Source: Malacoraja senta (lineage: Eukaryota). Taken from it: 64,000 bases of DNA. Where the stretch lies: assembly GCA_038087875.1 (NCBI GenBank), contig CM075978.1:134292001-134356000 (forward strand), written 5' to 3'. Each line of letters opens with the position of its first letter. Within the stretch, counting starts at the first letter, position 1. Below are positions 1 to 12,035 of this stretch, one piece after another. The notes under the pieces are model-generated. The model worked only from the letters and a program-made list of their open reading frames with translations. It did not search any database and was not told the origin of the DNA. A program made the translations under genes and the position numbers.

Positions 1-1492
1 TTCCCTGTCCTTCAGTTTGGTTGAATTCTTCAGGGACTTTAGCGAGGCTTTTGACACAAGACACATGGGTCGAAAGGAATACCCCCCCCCCCCCCCTCCC
101 CCTCCCCCAGGATCCAAGTCAGAGTGGAAAACCGCATCCAAAATCCACTCCATGCCACAAAGGGAAGGGTAAGTTGATGAGTATTTTGGGGGTCTGAAAA
201 AAACAGTTCCATGAGGCATAACACTCAACTCCTTGTTTTTTTGTATAAAATACGTATTTCAGATTTATACTTGAGCAAGGTGAGGGTGAATGATAAAGAA
301 GTTCGCATTTAGCACAAACAAATGGCTGTGTAATTGACAGTAGAAAGAAAACTTTTCCGCTTCTAGATAGGGAATGCACAGTAATTTGATGGATTTTGAA
401 AATGATGATGGAACAATAGTTCTCCGGATTGTATTTTCATAAATTTGAAAAAGGTCACAAGACAGGTTAATAAGGCAGGATCCTTTCCTTTTTATACCTG
501 GGGCATAGACAATATGTTTATAGACAGTTGATGTTGGAACTGTACACAATGGAGGTCAGGCCACCGCATATGTGCCACATATATTTCAGGTCATCACATC
601 ACATCACAGGAAGGCTGTGATTGCAACAGGGAGGTTGCAGAGGACATACTGTATATTTGAGATTGTTGCCAGGACTGGAAAAAATGTTGTTGTGAGGAAA
701 GATTAGTAGCTAGAGTTGTTTTTGTTGGCACATTGGAGGCTGGGGAGAGGCCTACTTGAGGTGGGGTAAGCTTGAGGGGCCTGATGGCATCTCCTGCTCC
801 TAATTTCTTATATGTGAATAAAGTTACAAGACAACTACCAAAAAAGTACATAAGATTGGCCAATATCCCTCATCAGAAGAGTAAAAAATTAAGCAGAGTT
901 GATTTCAGATACTTGATTGAAGCATGAAAGGAGAGATGAGGAGAAAGGTTTGTACTCTGTGAATGGATAAAGGTCTGGATCCCACAGTCTGAAAGGACGA
1001 CAGATGCGTAAACCCTCACCATAGTTAAGATACCCTTGGGTGTTTGACTTCAATGAGATGAGCTTGTTTTATTGTCATATACACTATGTAATCATGTATA
1101 TATACAGGGTGCAATGAAATGTCTTCTTCACACGAAGCTCACAGAGTAAACAGTGTACATACAGTTATGACAAATACAACGCATAATATGGTGACAAGTG
1201 CAAAATAGTAGAATGGTGCACGATTGTAGCACAAAATACAAGTGGTGCAAAAGAATACCAAAGCACCTTAATAGAATAACTGAAAGAAATAGAGTTAAGA
1301 GTAAGAGTGTGTGGCAACACCACAGGTGTGAAAGAGAAGAAACATAGAAAATAGGTGCAGGAGAAGGACATTCGGCCCTTCGAGCCAGCACTGACATTCC
1401 ATATGATCATGTCTGATCGTCCAAAATCAGTACCCCGTTCCTGCTTTCTCCCCATATCCCTTGATTCCGTTAGCCCTAAGAGCTATATCTAA

Positions 1493-2839
1493 AGTGCCTG
1501 TCCCACTTAAGTGATTTTTCAGCAGACTGCCGTCGACTGTCAAGTTCCCAGCAGCCACCTGAAAAACCGGGAACTAAAACGGCGACTGTCAGAGTGGAAC
1601 ACACACACACACACACAAGCACATCGCAAAGGACGGGACCAGGGAAAGCGGGGGAACGCTATCTGAAATTCACACGGTGCTAAGACAAGGTGATACAGAC
1701 GCACACCGCGATGAACAGGAATGTTAAGACGGCTAGCACAATGTACGGTAAGTCCTTTAAAAGAGGGGGGATGGGGGGAGGGGAGAAGGGGGGAGTAGGG
1801 GGGGGGGGAGAATGAGTGGAGACACTTTTAAGAAGCCAGACAACTTTTAATAAGCCAGAGATACACAGCTGTGAAGTTTGGCGGGCATTTAACATTACCA
1901 GTCAGTTATCCTTGGTTCTGAAAACTCGTGCTTATGTTTTTTTTCCCCAATGAGCCAATGAAAATGGCCGGAGACAAAAATGCTGGAGAAACTCAGCGGG
2001 TGAAGCAGCATCTATGGAGCAAAGGAAATGGGCGACGTTTCGGGTCGAGACCCTTCTTCAGACTGATGTGGGGGTGAGGGGGGTGGCGGGAAGAAGAAAG
2101 GAAGAGGCGGAGACAGTGGGCTGTGGGAGAGCTGGGAAGGGGAGGGGAAAGAAGGAGAAAGCAAGGACTACCTGAAATTGGAGGTCAATGTTCATACTGC
2201 TTTGGTGTAAACTACCCAAGTGAAATATGAGGTGCTGCTCCTCCAATTTACGGTGGGCCTCACTCTGGCCATGGAGGAGGCCCAGAACAGAAAGGTCGGA
2301 TTCAGAATAGGAGGGGGAGTTGAAGTGCTGAGCCACCGGGAGATCAGGTTGGTTATTGCAAACTGAGCAGAGGTGTTGGGCAAAGCAATCGCCAAGCCTA
2401 CACTTGGTCTCACCGATGTAGAGATGCTGACACCTAGAATAGCGGATGAAATCGATGAGGTTGGAGGAGGTGCAGGTGAACCTCTGCCGCACCTGGAAAG
2501 AATGCTTGGGTCCTTGGATGGAGTCAAGGGGGGAGGTAAAGCGACCTTAAACAATGAAAATGGCCAGTCAGCAAAGGCAATTAACTAAAACTACCTACGA
2601 CTACCTCAACTACCCATAACTCCATGGCAACCCCACTACAACTGCACCTACGACTTCAGGATTATCGATTTTCTCCACGGCGACCAGTACTGAGGCCACG
2701 ACTAGTTCCCAGAATGCGGGAACTCCTCGCGACCATGAAGGAGACTCACCAGAGACCATCAGCGAACATGTGGCGACCATGTGGCGAGCGCAGAGTCTCC
2801 TGCACTCGCCTAAAAAGTAGCCTAAGTGGGACAGGCCCT
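1493..2839. mobile_element. PIF/Harbinger-type non-autonomous element (copy A)
   Basis: Ends AGTGCCTGTCCCACTTA / TAAGTGGGACAGGCCCT; TAA TSD (1490-1492, 2840-2842); splits a CR1 3' end at ATATC-TAA-CTCT. Confidence 0.82.
1970..2551 (-). mobile_element. 5'-truncated Penelope-like element (GIY-YIG endonuclease + 3' pseudo-LTR with hammerhead-like core)
   Basis: FTCTSSNLI..I..SRC..LYIGETK.RL...FAQH, PVAQHFN and RKLEEQHLIF are GIY-YIG motifs. 14-bp TSD CAATGAAAATGGCC at 1956-1969 and 2552-2565. Confidence 0.9.
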
Positions 2840-2903
2840 TAACTCTATCGAAAACATCAAGTGAATTGGCCTCCACTGCCTTCTGTGGCAGAAAATTACA
2901 GAG

Positions 2904-3860
2904 ATGATTGGTTCAGGAGTTAAATAACAGCGGGGAAGAAGCTGGTCTGGACAGCTGAGGATTTAATATCTTGTATTTTCTCTGAAATGATAGTGGAAAG
3001 AAAAGGGAAGGGCCAGGGTGGCAGATATCCTCGATGATACTTCCAGCCTTCCTGATGCAAAACACAGTGAAGGAAGTGACAAGCCTGTGATGGATTGGGC
3101 TGTGTACGTCACTTTCTGTAGGTTCATGAGCAGAGTGCTTGCCATATCTGGTTGAGATGCATCCTGTCAGAATACTTACTATAACCTATCTGTAGAAGTT
3201 TGAGAAAATCCTCATATACATGCCAAATCTTCTTAGGCATCTAGGAAAGCAAATACTTTCTTGGTTACGGCAACAGTGTGAAGGGATTTAGTATTACTGG
3301 TGATGTTGATGTGCAGGAACTTGTAGTTGTCAACCATCTCTGCAGCAGCTCCAGTGATGAGGACAGGGTTGTGCTTACCCCCAACGCTTCATTGGGTCAA
3401 CAACCAACTCTTTTGTATTGCCTACGGAAGTGCTAGGTCATTATTCTGACACCATGACACAAGTTCTCCATCCCTTTCCCGTTCTTTGTCTCATGGTTGT
3501 TGTAGATCAGGCCGACAGGAGTGGTATCATGGGCAAATGTAAAGATTGAGTTGGTGTTGCAAATGGCTGCAGAGTCCTGTCCTTACAGGGAATAGAGCGT
3601 GGGACTACCTACATAACCCTGAGGACCATCAGTGTTCAGGCTCAAGCTGGGGAAATGTGAGGACCTATTCTAACTGACTGAGGCCTGCCAGTTAAGATGT
3701 CCAGAGCCAGTTGCAGGTGGATACCACAAGGCCAAGGTCCAGTAGTTTAGGGATGAGCTTATTTAAAATTATGGTGCTGAAAGCTGAACTGTAGTCAATG
3801 AATAGGCTCCTGACATATGTGTTCTCATTGTTAATGTGATCCAGGGCTGAATGTAGTGTA
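2904..3860 (-). mobile_element. Rex1/Babar LINE RT fragment (3' part continues at ~1063-1336)
   Basis: LHSALDHINNENTYVRSLFIDYSSAFSTIILNKLIPKLLDLGL...CNW is a Rex1-type RT motif; junction inferred from the uninterrupted copy at ~10420-10600. Confidence 0.8.
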
Positions 3861-3939
3861 AGAAAAGTGGACTCCCCCATAGTTCTATATTTTCATGTCG
3901 GGGTATTCCAAAGACTGGCTTCCAAAGCTCTTCATTATT

Positions 3940-5008
3940 AGTTTAGAGATACAGTGGGGAAACAGGCCCTTCGGCCCACCGGGTCCGCGCCGACACCGAT
4001 CCCCGCACATTAACACTATGCTACACACACTAGGGACAATTTTTACATTTACCAAGCCAATTAACCTACAAACCTGTACGCCTTTGGGTTAACCCTGGCC
4101 AGATTGGAGAGGCTAGGACTCTAAAATGGGGTAAAAGCTTCAGGGCTGCTGGGAGATTTGGTCAATTTGAAAGTGCTCTCTGTGGAACTGGGACAAGCTG
4201 CAGAGTGGTGCCAGTTTGTCTAGAGCCTAGATCCAATCTACAGGAAAAGAATAAGAACATCTGCAGACCCTGTCAATTAGGTGCAAAATGCATAGAATGG
4301 ATTGGATGACTGCAAACCAGACATAAACCTTGTAAATAATTGTAAATAATGTTGCAGAGTTTCACTTTGCCGAGTGTTTATTGGATGAGGTATTGAGCCT
4401 TGTCTGGTTTCCTTGCAGATCAGGGTAAATGTTGCAAGGTTTGCTTCCTTTGAGAATACAATGTATTAGCCTCTGTATTATTGGGTTAGGGAAATGTCTG
4501 TCATGTATGGAGTTAATCGATATCTGTAATTGGATTGTAAAGAGACCACCCCCATGTGGTTCGGCCCCTCGAGGTCTGGGGACCTATAAAAGTCCGCTGC
4601 CACAAGGTCCTGCGTCAATCTTCTGGGAGAGTGCTTGGGACTGCGTGACCTTCCGGAGTGTCTCTGTTTGAGCGAGGCCTAGAGACAGGCATATAAGAGG
4701 ATCGAACCCGCAGTGGGATAGGTACAGTAGTTGAATTGTAATTGTGTTTTGTTAAAATAGAGATTAGTTGCGCAAGTGCTCGATTCAGTGGATTTTGACT
4801 GAAACTAGACTGGAGGGAAGCTTAGAACGAGCAATTTACATTTGTAATGTGGGAGGAAACTGAAGATCTCGGAGAAAACCCACGCAGGTCATGGGGAGAA
4901 CGTACAAACTCCGTACAGACAAGCGCCTGTTGTTAGGATCGAACCTGGGTCTTCGGCACTGCATTCGCTGTAAGGCAGCAACTCTACCGCTGCGCCACCG
5001 TGACCGCC
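3940..5008 (-). mobile_element. HE1-like tRNA-derived V-SINE split by a solo LTR (parts 3940-4086 and 4841-5008)
   Basis: tRNA-like head (GGTTCGATCC B-box on minus strand), central GGGTTTTCTCC...TTTCCTCCCAC domain and CR1-like tail; colinear with the intact copy at 18779. Confidence 0.82.
4087..4840 (+). mobile_element. Probable solo LTR (Gypsy-like)
   Basis: 754-bp insert flanked by TTTG (4083-4086, 4841-4844), ends in TTTACA, internal CTATAAAAG TATA box at ~4584. The 5' end reads GGTTAA rather than TG. Confidence 0.55.
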
Positions 5009-6044
5009 TGTCACTGTATGTCACTTGGCAAAACTGCTGCTGGCAAGACTGAGTAATAGCACGGCAGATTCTGATGAGGCGGAGCAGTTCTTTTCCAACC
5101 GGCACGGATGCAATGGGCTGGATGGCCTCCCTATGCATCATAGATTCTCTACCACAGTTTCAATTTGCACTTTCAGCGACTTGGACCGCAAGATATTACA
5201 ACCTAAACGTACAAGGGCAAACCTAACCAGAGGCAGATGCAAGAATTGCCTTGCTGCAGGAGGATTTGTCCCAATGCACCAGCAAAGATGTACAAAAAGC
5301 AGAAAAAAATCTCCCCCCAAAAATCTACATTTCTGAGAAAGATTAACACACAGTTTTAGAAAATGTTGCCTGTGGGCTGGTACATCAATATACAGCTGAA
5401 TATGTTTCAAATGGGACAGCAGAACTGCCATTGTACAACATAGAGAAAGCTGCATGATCCAGCGTGGGACCCATGTCAATGAAATTTGGAAGTATAATGA
5501 AGCTTGCAATTCAGCCCTGATAATCCCATTCTTGTCACTGCTAAATATGGTGCACCAGTTTGCTGATGAATGCTTGCTCCCAGTGATGGCATACATCACC
5601 AGGTTTGGAGGGCCAGGACCACCTAGACAGACACTAAATCGTTGTTTGAGAATTCATCTTACTTCTCCTTTACACAACTGCTGCTTTTGCAAACGCCATC
5701 CTTTTCTTATCGATGTCAGTAAAAATAACTGACAGAATTCTAACTGGCATAGGCGGTTTCATATTTCATCTTCTCTTTCTGTCAGATCTGGCACTGCTTT
5801 TCAGTTCAATCATGCCTCTTGTTCTGTTGTCTCTTTGTTAAAAATCAGCCTATTGCATCTGGCATCGCAGGCCAGTTTTATCTCTGGTCCTAACCTTCTT
5901 AGATCCAATATAATATCTGCCAAGTGCAACTTTACTGAAAAGATGCAATGACTGGTATCTTCCTGAACCTGCAGAGACTATTCCAGCGGCTTTCTTGCCA
6001 AACCATTCTGTCATACCTTGTATGAATCATCCTTTCTATCTCTA

Positions 6045-6245
6045 GAAACAAAGAACTGCAGATGCTGGTTAATACACAAAAGGACACAAAGTGCTGGAGT
6101 AACTCAACGGGTCAGGCACCATCCCTGAAGAACATGGACAGGTGACATTTCGGGTCTGAAGACGGATCTCAACCCATAATATCCTCTATCCATGTTCTCC
6201 AGAGATGCTGCCTGACCCGCTGAGTTACTCCAGCACTTTGTATCC
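6045..6245. mobile_element. Penelope pseudo-LTR-derived palindromic repeat
   Basis: Arms ACAAAGTGCTGGAGTAACTCAACGGGTCAGGCA / TGCCTGACCCGCTGAGTTACTCCAGCACTTTGT; sequence shared with 1972-2066. Confidence 0.75.
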
Positions 6246-6492
6246 TTCCCATCTCTCTTGGCAGAAAATCTAAAGAAAATGCTGACCTTATTCAATTGCT
6301 TTATAACTCAAATTTAATTCCATTGAATTTGGTAAAGAATACTCTTCGCATCCTCCGTTCCACTTAACAATTACGAGAAACATCAATGTTATCTTCATCA
6401 TCACATCTGTCAAATCCTGTGCTCCCTGAAGTCCAATATTCTGATAGTATATTCCTCATAGTCTGCAGCTTGAGCAATACTTCTGTCAGCAT

Positions 6493-6637
6493 GTGTCGTA
6501 AAGAACTGCAGATGCTGGTTTAAATCGAAGGTAGACACAAAATGCTGGAGTAACTCAGCAGGACAGGCAGCATCTCTGGAGAGAAGGATTGTGTGACATT
6601 TCGGGTCGAGACTCTAACTTCAGACTTCAGACTTCAG
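6493..6637 (-). mobile_element. Short Penelope pLTR-derived insert
   Basis: TSD ACTTCTGT(C/T)AGCAT at 6479-6492 and 6638-6651; ends in (ACTTCAG)x3. Confidence 0.78.
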
Positions 6638-7085
6638 ACTTCTGTTAGCATCTTCTACTTTTAATCTCCTTCTTAGGTAGGGTTGCCAACGTTCTCACTC
6701 CCAAATAAGGGACAAGGTCAAATTAAGGCACAAATTCCCAATGGCATAAAGTACAGAAGGCCTTCGTCGAGTCACCGCTGACGGGCTTATAACCCATGTC
6801 TTTTTTGCTTCTCATTGCTTGTTATAGCTGCACACTTTTCTTTTTTGCAGGTTTATCCATATTTGCACATGCCAAACTGACCGAACAACACCAGACGTTA
6901 CTGAAAATTTTGTTTGGCAGGAATTGGCAAAATATAGCGTAAAACTGATGCGCATAAGGGGGCCTGTGATTGGGTGACGGGTGAATCACTCGTGCGTGGC
7001 GCCAACAGCACCACAACACACACGCACGCTGTTGTATCAGATCTAGGATCTGTCTGTAAGTGTGCCCTCTGGTGATTACAGATTA

Positions 7086-7177
7086 CAGATGCTCCTCGAC
7101 TTACGATGCTTCGAATTACGATATTTCGACTTTACGATGGTGCAAATGCGATACACATTCAGTGGAAACCGTACTTC
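7086..7177. mobile_element. Tigger/pogo (MER47/Tigger5-like) terminal fragment
   Basis: TA|CAGATGCTCCTCGACTTACGATG...TCGACTTTACGATGGTGC...CATTCAGTGGAAACCGTACTTC. TA flank and CAG start fit Tc1/mariner-pogo; family recalled from memory. Confidence 0.6.
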
Positions 7178-7236
7178 ACTACCCGGGCCTCATGGCAGCA
7201 TCGGGCTGCATTGATAATTTAAGCGGTAATGCTTTA

Positions 7237-7515
7237 AGGCCCTGTCCCAAGAGCTCTCCCGAGTTTTAAATAAAATCAAACTCGTGGTAAGTACGTAGAA
7301 TGTACATAGCGGGTATGTCAGAGCTCATGGATGTCTCGTAGCGGCTCGTAATGCTAACGGCAGGTACTCGGGAAACGTGGAAACTCGTGAAGTTTTTCAA
7401 CAGTGTGAATAATTTCCAAGAGTAAAAAAATACTCGTGATGAAGTACCACAAGTTTGATTTTTTTTTTAAACTCGGGAGAGCTCTTGGGTAAACTCGCAT
7501 CGTGGGACAGGGGCT
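7237..7515. mobile_element. PIF/Harbinger-type MITE (copy B)
   Basis: Ends AGGCCCTGTCCCA / TGGGACAGGGGCT; TTA TSD (7234-7236, 7516-7518); long inverted arms AGAGCTCTCCCGAGTTT...AAACTCGGGAGAGCTCT. Confidence 0.8.
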
Positions 7516-7706
7516 TTACTGTTTAATTAAAATTGCTTTCCTGTGGTCTATTTAGATTTACGCCTGCTCTCTTGAGCAGACGCACTCACTCGCCTGAGCT
7601 GGCTTGTTAGTATCTAACGCTAGCCTGTGCACTTTCCCTCCTATTTATCTTGATGTAAGGTCGATTGAGTCAGCTGTTTTGTATGCAAGGTTTCTGAGCT
7701 GAGGCT

Positions 7707-7722
7707 GGAGAGAGAGAGAGCT

Positions 7723-7753
<31 letters not shown>
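7707..7753. repeat. (GA)n microsatellite
   Basis: Interrupted GA run. Confidence 0.9.
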
Positions 7754-7754
<1 letters not shown>

Positions 7755-8589
7755 CATGCAGTGGATACAGAAGAGGCGGACTGAAGAAGAGGCTGGCGTA
7801 TGGCGAGATTTTGCAGGGGGATAAGAGAACCGTGTTAGCCTTTCCGTGGGAGCAAGCGACGAGGGAGGGACTTGTGAGATGTCTTGCAGGAGGCGAGATG
7901 GACATCGAACGGCAACAGACCTTATGAGACAGTTGATAAAATCTCAGAGCATGTGTTTGCTCCTGCGGGGGCTGGCACAGTGGCACTCGGGAGATTTAAG
8001 GGGCGTCGGTGCTCAGGGAATTGGTGAGCATTCCAACCGAACAGGGGCGGTGGTGGGAATGGGGGTGGGGTGGCCAGTTGAGAGACGCCAAAGAGATTTC
8101 ATAATTAAAACATGGAAATTAAAAACACTCCCAGAGCTAAGGGCAGTCAAATACGGGACAAGGGCGGTCCCGTATGGGACAAACCGATTTAGCCTTATAT
8201 ATATGGGATGTCCCAGCTAATAAGGGACAGTTGGCAACCCTATTCTTAGGTCCCTTACCCTAAATCTATGTCCTCTAGTTTTATCCTCCACCAATATGGG
8301 GAAACGATTCCTGGAATCTCCCCTACCCATACCACTCATCATTTCTCATACCTCAATGCTATCCCCTCCTATCCTCCTCTGGTCCAGGGTAACAGACTCA
8401 ATGTCTCCAGTCTCTCCTCATAACTGAAATGCTCCATCGCAAGCAATATCCTCATGAATCTCCTCTGCACCCTCTTCAATCACATCTGCCCTACGGTGTG
8501 GTGATGAGAATTGCATTCAGTACTCCAGGCAGGTGAAAAGTACTCCATCACATCTTGATTTGTGCTTCGTAGACAGTGGAAAGGATTGG

Positions 8590-9075
8590 TGCTTCAAAAG
8601 GGAGTTTACGAGGATGTTGCCAGAACTATAGGGTGTGAGCTATAGGGAGAGGTTGAGTTGGGTCTCTATTCCTTGGAGCGCAGGAGGATGAGGGATGATT
8701 TTATAGAGATGTATAAATCATGAGAGGAATAGATCGGGTAGATGCACAGTGTCTTGCCCAGAGTAGGGGAATCGAGGACCAGAGGACATAGGTTCAAGGT
8801 GAAGGGGAAAACATTTAATAGGAATCTGAGGGGTAACCTTTTCACACAAAGTGTGGTGGGTGTATGGAACAAGCTGTCAGAGGAGGTAGTTGAGCCTGGG
8901 ACTGTCCCAATGTTTAAGAAACAGTTAGATAGGTACATGGATAGGACAAGTTTGGAGGGATATGGACCAAACACAGGCAGGTGGGACTAGTGTAGCTGGG
9001 ACATGTTGGCCAGTGTGAGCAAGTTGGGCCGAAGGGCCTGTTTCCACACTGTATCACTCTGTGACTGTATGACAC
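8590..9075 (+). mobile_element. CR1 3' fragment
   Basis: ESRTRGHRFKVKG...FTQSVVGVWNKL...DRYMD; tail CACTCTGTGACT. Confidence 0.85.
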
Positions 9076-11110
9076 TACACTGCAACATTGCAGGTCTCTG
9101 ACCTCTTATAGCCATGGTACTAATGCAACTGGTGCAATTTAGTTTCTGGTCACAATCCTGGTGAGGAGGAGGACTTGGCAATGTTAATGCTATTGATTGA
9201 CAAGGGTGAATGGTTGGATTTTCTTTCTGTCAGATATGATCATTACCATGTTCGATTGTTTCATGAATGTCACTTGCTATTTATCAGTCCGTGCCTGGAT
9301 ATTGTCTGTGTCTTGTTGCATGCGAGCGCAGACAGATTCATTTGCTGATCAGTTGCAAATGGAATTGAAAAATTTGCATTTTTGGAAAATATTCCTACAT
9401 CTGACTATATGATGCAATAAAGCAGCTGATTGAGCCTAGGACACTGCCCTGCGGAACTCCTGCCTGGACTGGGATGATAGACCTCCAATAATCACAACCA
9501 TATTCCATTATCCAAGATATGGCACCATCAGTTGGATTATTAAGATGCTGTTGACTTATCTGAGTTCCTTAACATCATATATTAGACAAGAATACCTTAA
9601 TCTCTCTCATTACCTCTGGAATTTAGTTTGGCAGTCAATGTTTGAGCCAACGCTGTGATGAAGTCTGGAGTTGAGGAGTCGAGGCAAAATCCAAATTGAA
9701 CACCAGTGAGCGGGTCATTGGTGAGCAAGTGCTGCTAGGTACACTGCCATGACTTTGTTGGATTGGACTTGTCCTGCTTTCTGTGAACAACACAAACATG
9801 AGCAATTTCCCACATTGTCCAATTGATTCTAGTTCTGTTACTCCCCAGAACAGTTTGACAAGGGGTACAGCTAGTTCTGGACCACACGTTATTAGTACTA
9901 CAGCTGGGATGTTGTCTGGTCCCATAGTACTTGGTAAACCCATTACACTCAGCTCTTTTTTGATATGGCATGGAGTGAATCGATTTAGCTTCTATGATGA
10001 TGGAGATCTCAGGGGAATTGAAGACAGATCATCTATTTGGCATTTATGGCTGCAGATATTAACAATTTACTTTAATGCTGAGATTCACATTTTGCCAGCA
10101 ACGTTACAATGTTGTTGGAAGCTTCCATGTCTTTTAATTCACTTAAACATTCCTGACACCAATTTGAAGATCCGTGAATACCCTTCATCAGACTTGATTC
10201 AAATGAGACATTGTGGAGAACTTTGACCCCTTCACTAACTTCCCGACACCCCAACCTCACATTCACAATGCGTAGGAAGGAATCGGGATAAAGTGGGGAA
10301 TGGGCATTGTGACTTAAAGTGATTTAAAAAAAAATCGAAACCCGATTCTGACCTCTCACTTAATGCCATATTTTCAGTCGTGCAAAAGAATATTAAAGCA
10401 CCATAACAGAATAACCAAATGAGGTAGAGTTAAGAATAAGGGGGGTGTAGCAGCAACTGTGGAATAGTGTGTGAAAGAGGTGATTCAGGAGTTAAATAAC
10501 AATGGGGAAAAAGCTGGTCTGGACAGCTGAGCTTTTAACCTGTATTTTCTGTGAATAGATAGTGGAGAAAAAAGAAAATGGCCAGGGAGGCAGTGTGGAT
10601 GATGCTCTGGAGAGGAGGGTCAATGATTTTTAATATGTTAATAAGGCTGCTTTCCTCTGATTATTGCTGCAATTTAATCGTAATCATCCAGATTTCATTG
10701 GCCTCAGGAAACTCAACAGCTTAAGGAAGGAGGAAGCTTAGCGACACAACACATTGTCCAATGCAAATCTTCTGCCAATTATAACTAAAACTATTGTCAT
10801 TTCTCTTCTGTCTGCAGGTATCCCTCTCTCTTTCCTCACAATCATGATCCAAGTTCCTCCTCCCACGAACCCATTATATTTAATGGAAGGGTTTAAATAT
10901 CCACAGATGATAGAGAATGCGATTGGAGGTAATACAGTTAAGGTAGAAAAAAGATAACTAAGACTTTAAACAGTTAGAGCACAATAGCCCATTTCTGTTC
11001 TATGAACCCAGTGGGGATGGTATATGCCTTTGATCACTAAAGTATGTGAAAGAATTGGCCACAAATTGAATTCATTTGTGATTTGGTTCTATTTAGTTAA
11101 CAGCCAGTAA

Positions 11111-11310
11111 NNNNNNNNNNNNNNNNNNNNNNNNNNNNNNNNNNNNNNNNNNNNNNNNNNNNNNNNNNNNNNNNNNNNNNNNNNNNNNNNNNNNNNNNNN
11201 NNNNNNNNNNNNNNNNNNNNNNNNNNNNNNNNNNNNNNNNNNNNNNNNNNNNNNNNNNNNNNNNNNNNNNNNNNNNNNNNNNNNNNNNNNNNNNNNNNNN
11301 NNNNNNNNNN
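11111..11310. other. Assembly gap (200 N)
   Basis: Run of N. Confidence 1.
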
Positions 11311-11594
11311 GAGCAGGAGTACGTCACTTGGCCCCTTGAGTCATTCAAAATATCTTGGCTTATCTCCCATCTCAATAGCATTTCCTGCCCTATCCCATAC
11401 CCCTTGGTTCCTCTAAGATGTAGAAATGTATTAACTCTGTTTTGAATAAAATCAATGATTTGGTTTTCCACAACTCTTTGGAGTAAATAATTACAAAGAT
11501 TTACCACCACATTAGTGAAGAAATCTTACCTAATTTTTGGTCCAAATGGCCTGCTTCTTATTCTCAACAGTGAATGATTTATAATTGACATTGA

Positions 11595-12035
11595 TGTTGC
11601 CAGGCCTCGAGTGCCTGAGCTATAGGAGGAGGTTGAACAGGCTAGGAGCTCAGGAGGATGAGGAGTGATCTTATAGAGGTGTACAAGATTATGAGAGGAA
11701 TAGATCGGGTCTTTTGCACAGAGTCTTGTGCCCAGAGTAGGGGAATTACGAACCAGAGGACATAGATTTAAGGTGGGGGGGAAATTTAATAGGCACCTGA
11801 GGAGTGACTTATGTGCATAAAGGGTGGTGGGTATAAGGAATGAGCTGCCGGAGCAGGTTGTTGAGGCAGCTACTACCATAACATTTAAGAGACATCTGGA
11901 CAGGTACATGGATAGGATAGGTTTAGTGGGATTATGGGCCAAGCCGTGGGCAGGTGCACCAAAGATGGGCATGTTGGTCGGCATGGGCAGGTTGGGCCAA
12001 AGGGCCTCTTTCCATGCTCTGTGACTCTATTACTC
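11595..12035 (+). mobile_element. CR1 3' fragment
   Basis: Colinear with 8615-9070; VVEAATTITFKRHLDRYMD. Confidence 0.82.

Larger units (their letters stand above)
1337..2903 (-). mobile_element. CR1 3' fragment interrupted by Harbinger element 1493-2839
   Basis: GAAACATAGAAAATAGGTGCAGGAG... aligns with 20144 onward; resumes at 2843 with CTCTATCGAAAAC...CCTTCTGTGGCAGA. Confidence 0.85.
6678..8242. mobile_element. Non-autonomous hAT element
   Basis: Perfect 13-bp TIR TAGGGTTGCCAAC / GTTGGCAACCCTA; perfect 8-bp TSD TTCTTAGG (6670-6677, 8243-8250); subterminal GGGACA repeats. Confidence 0.88.

Noticed and set aside
11097-11510. 137-aa ORF
   Set aside because: Spans the N gap; the remainder is a CR1 relic.
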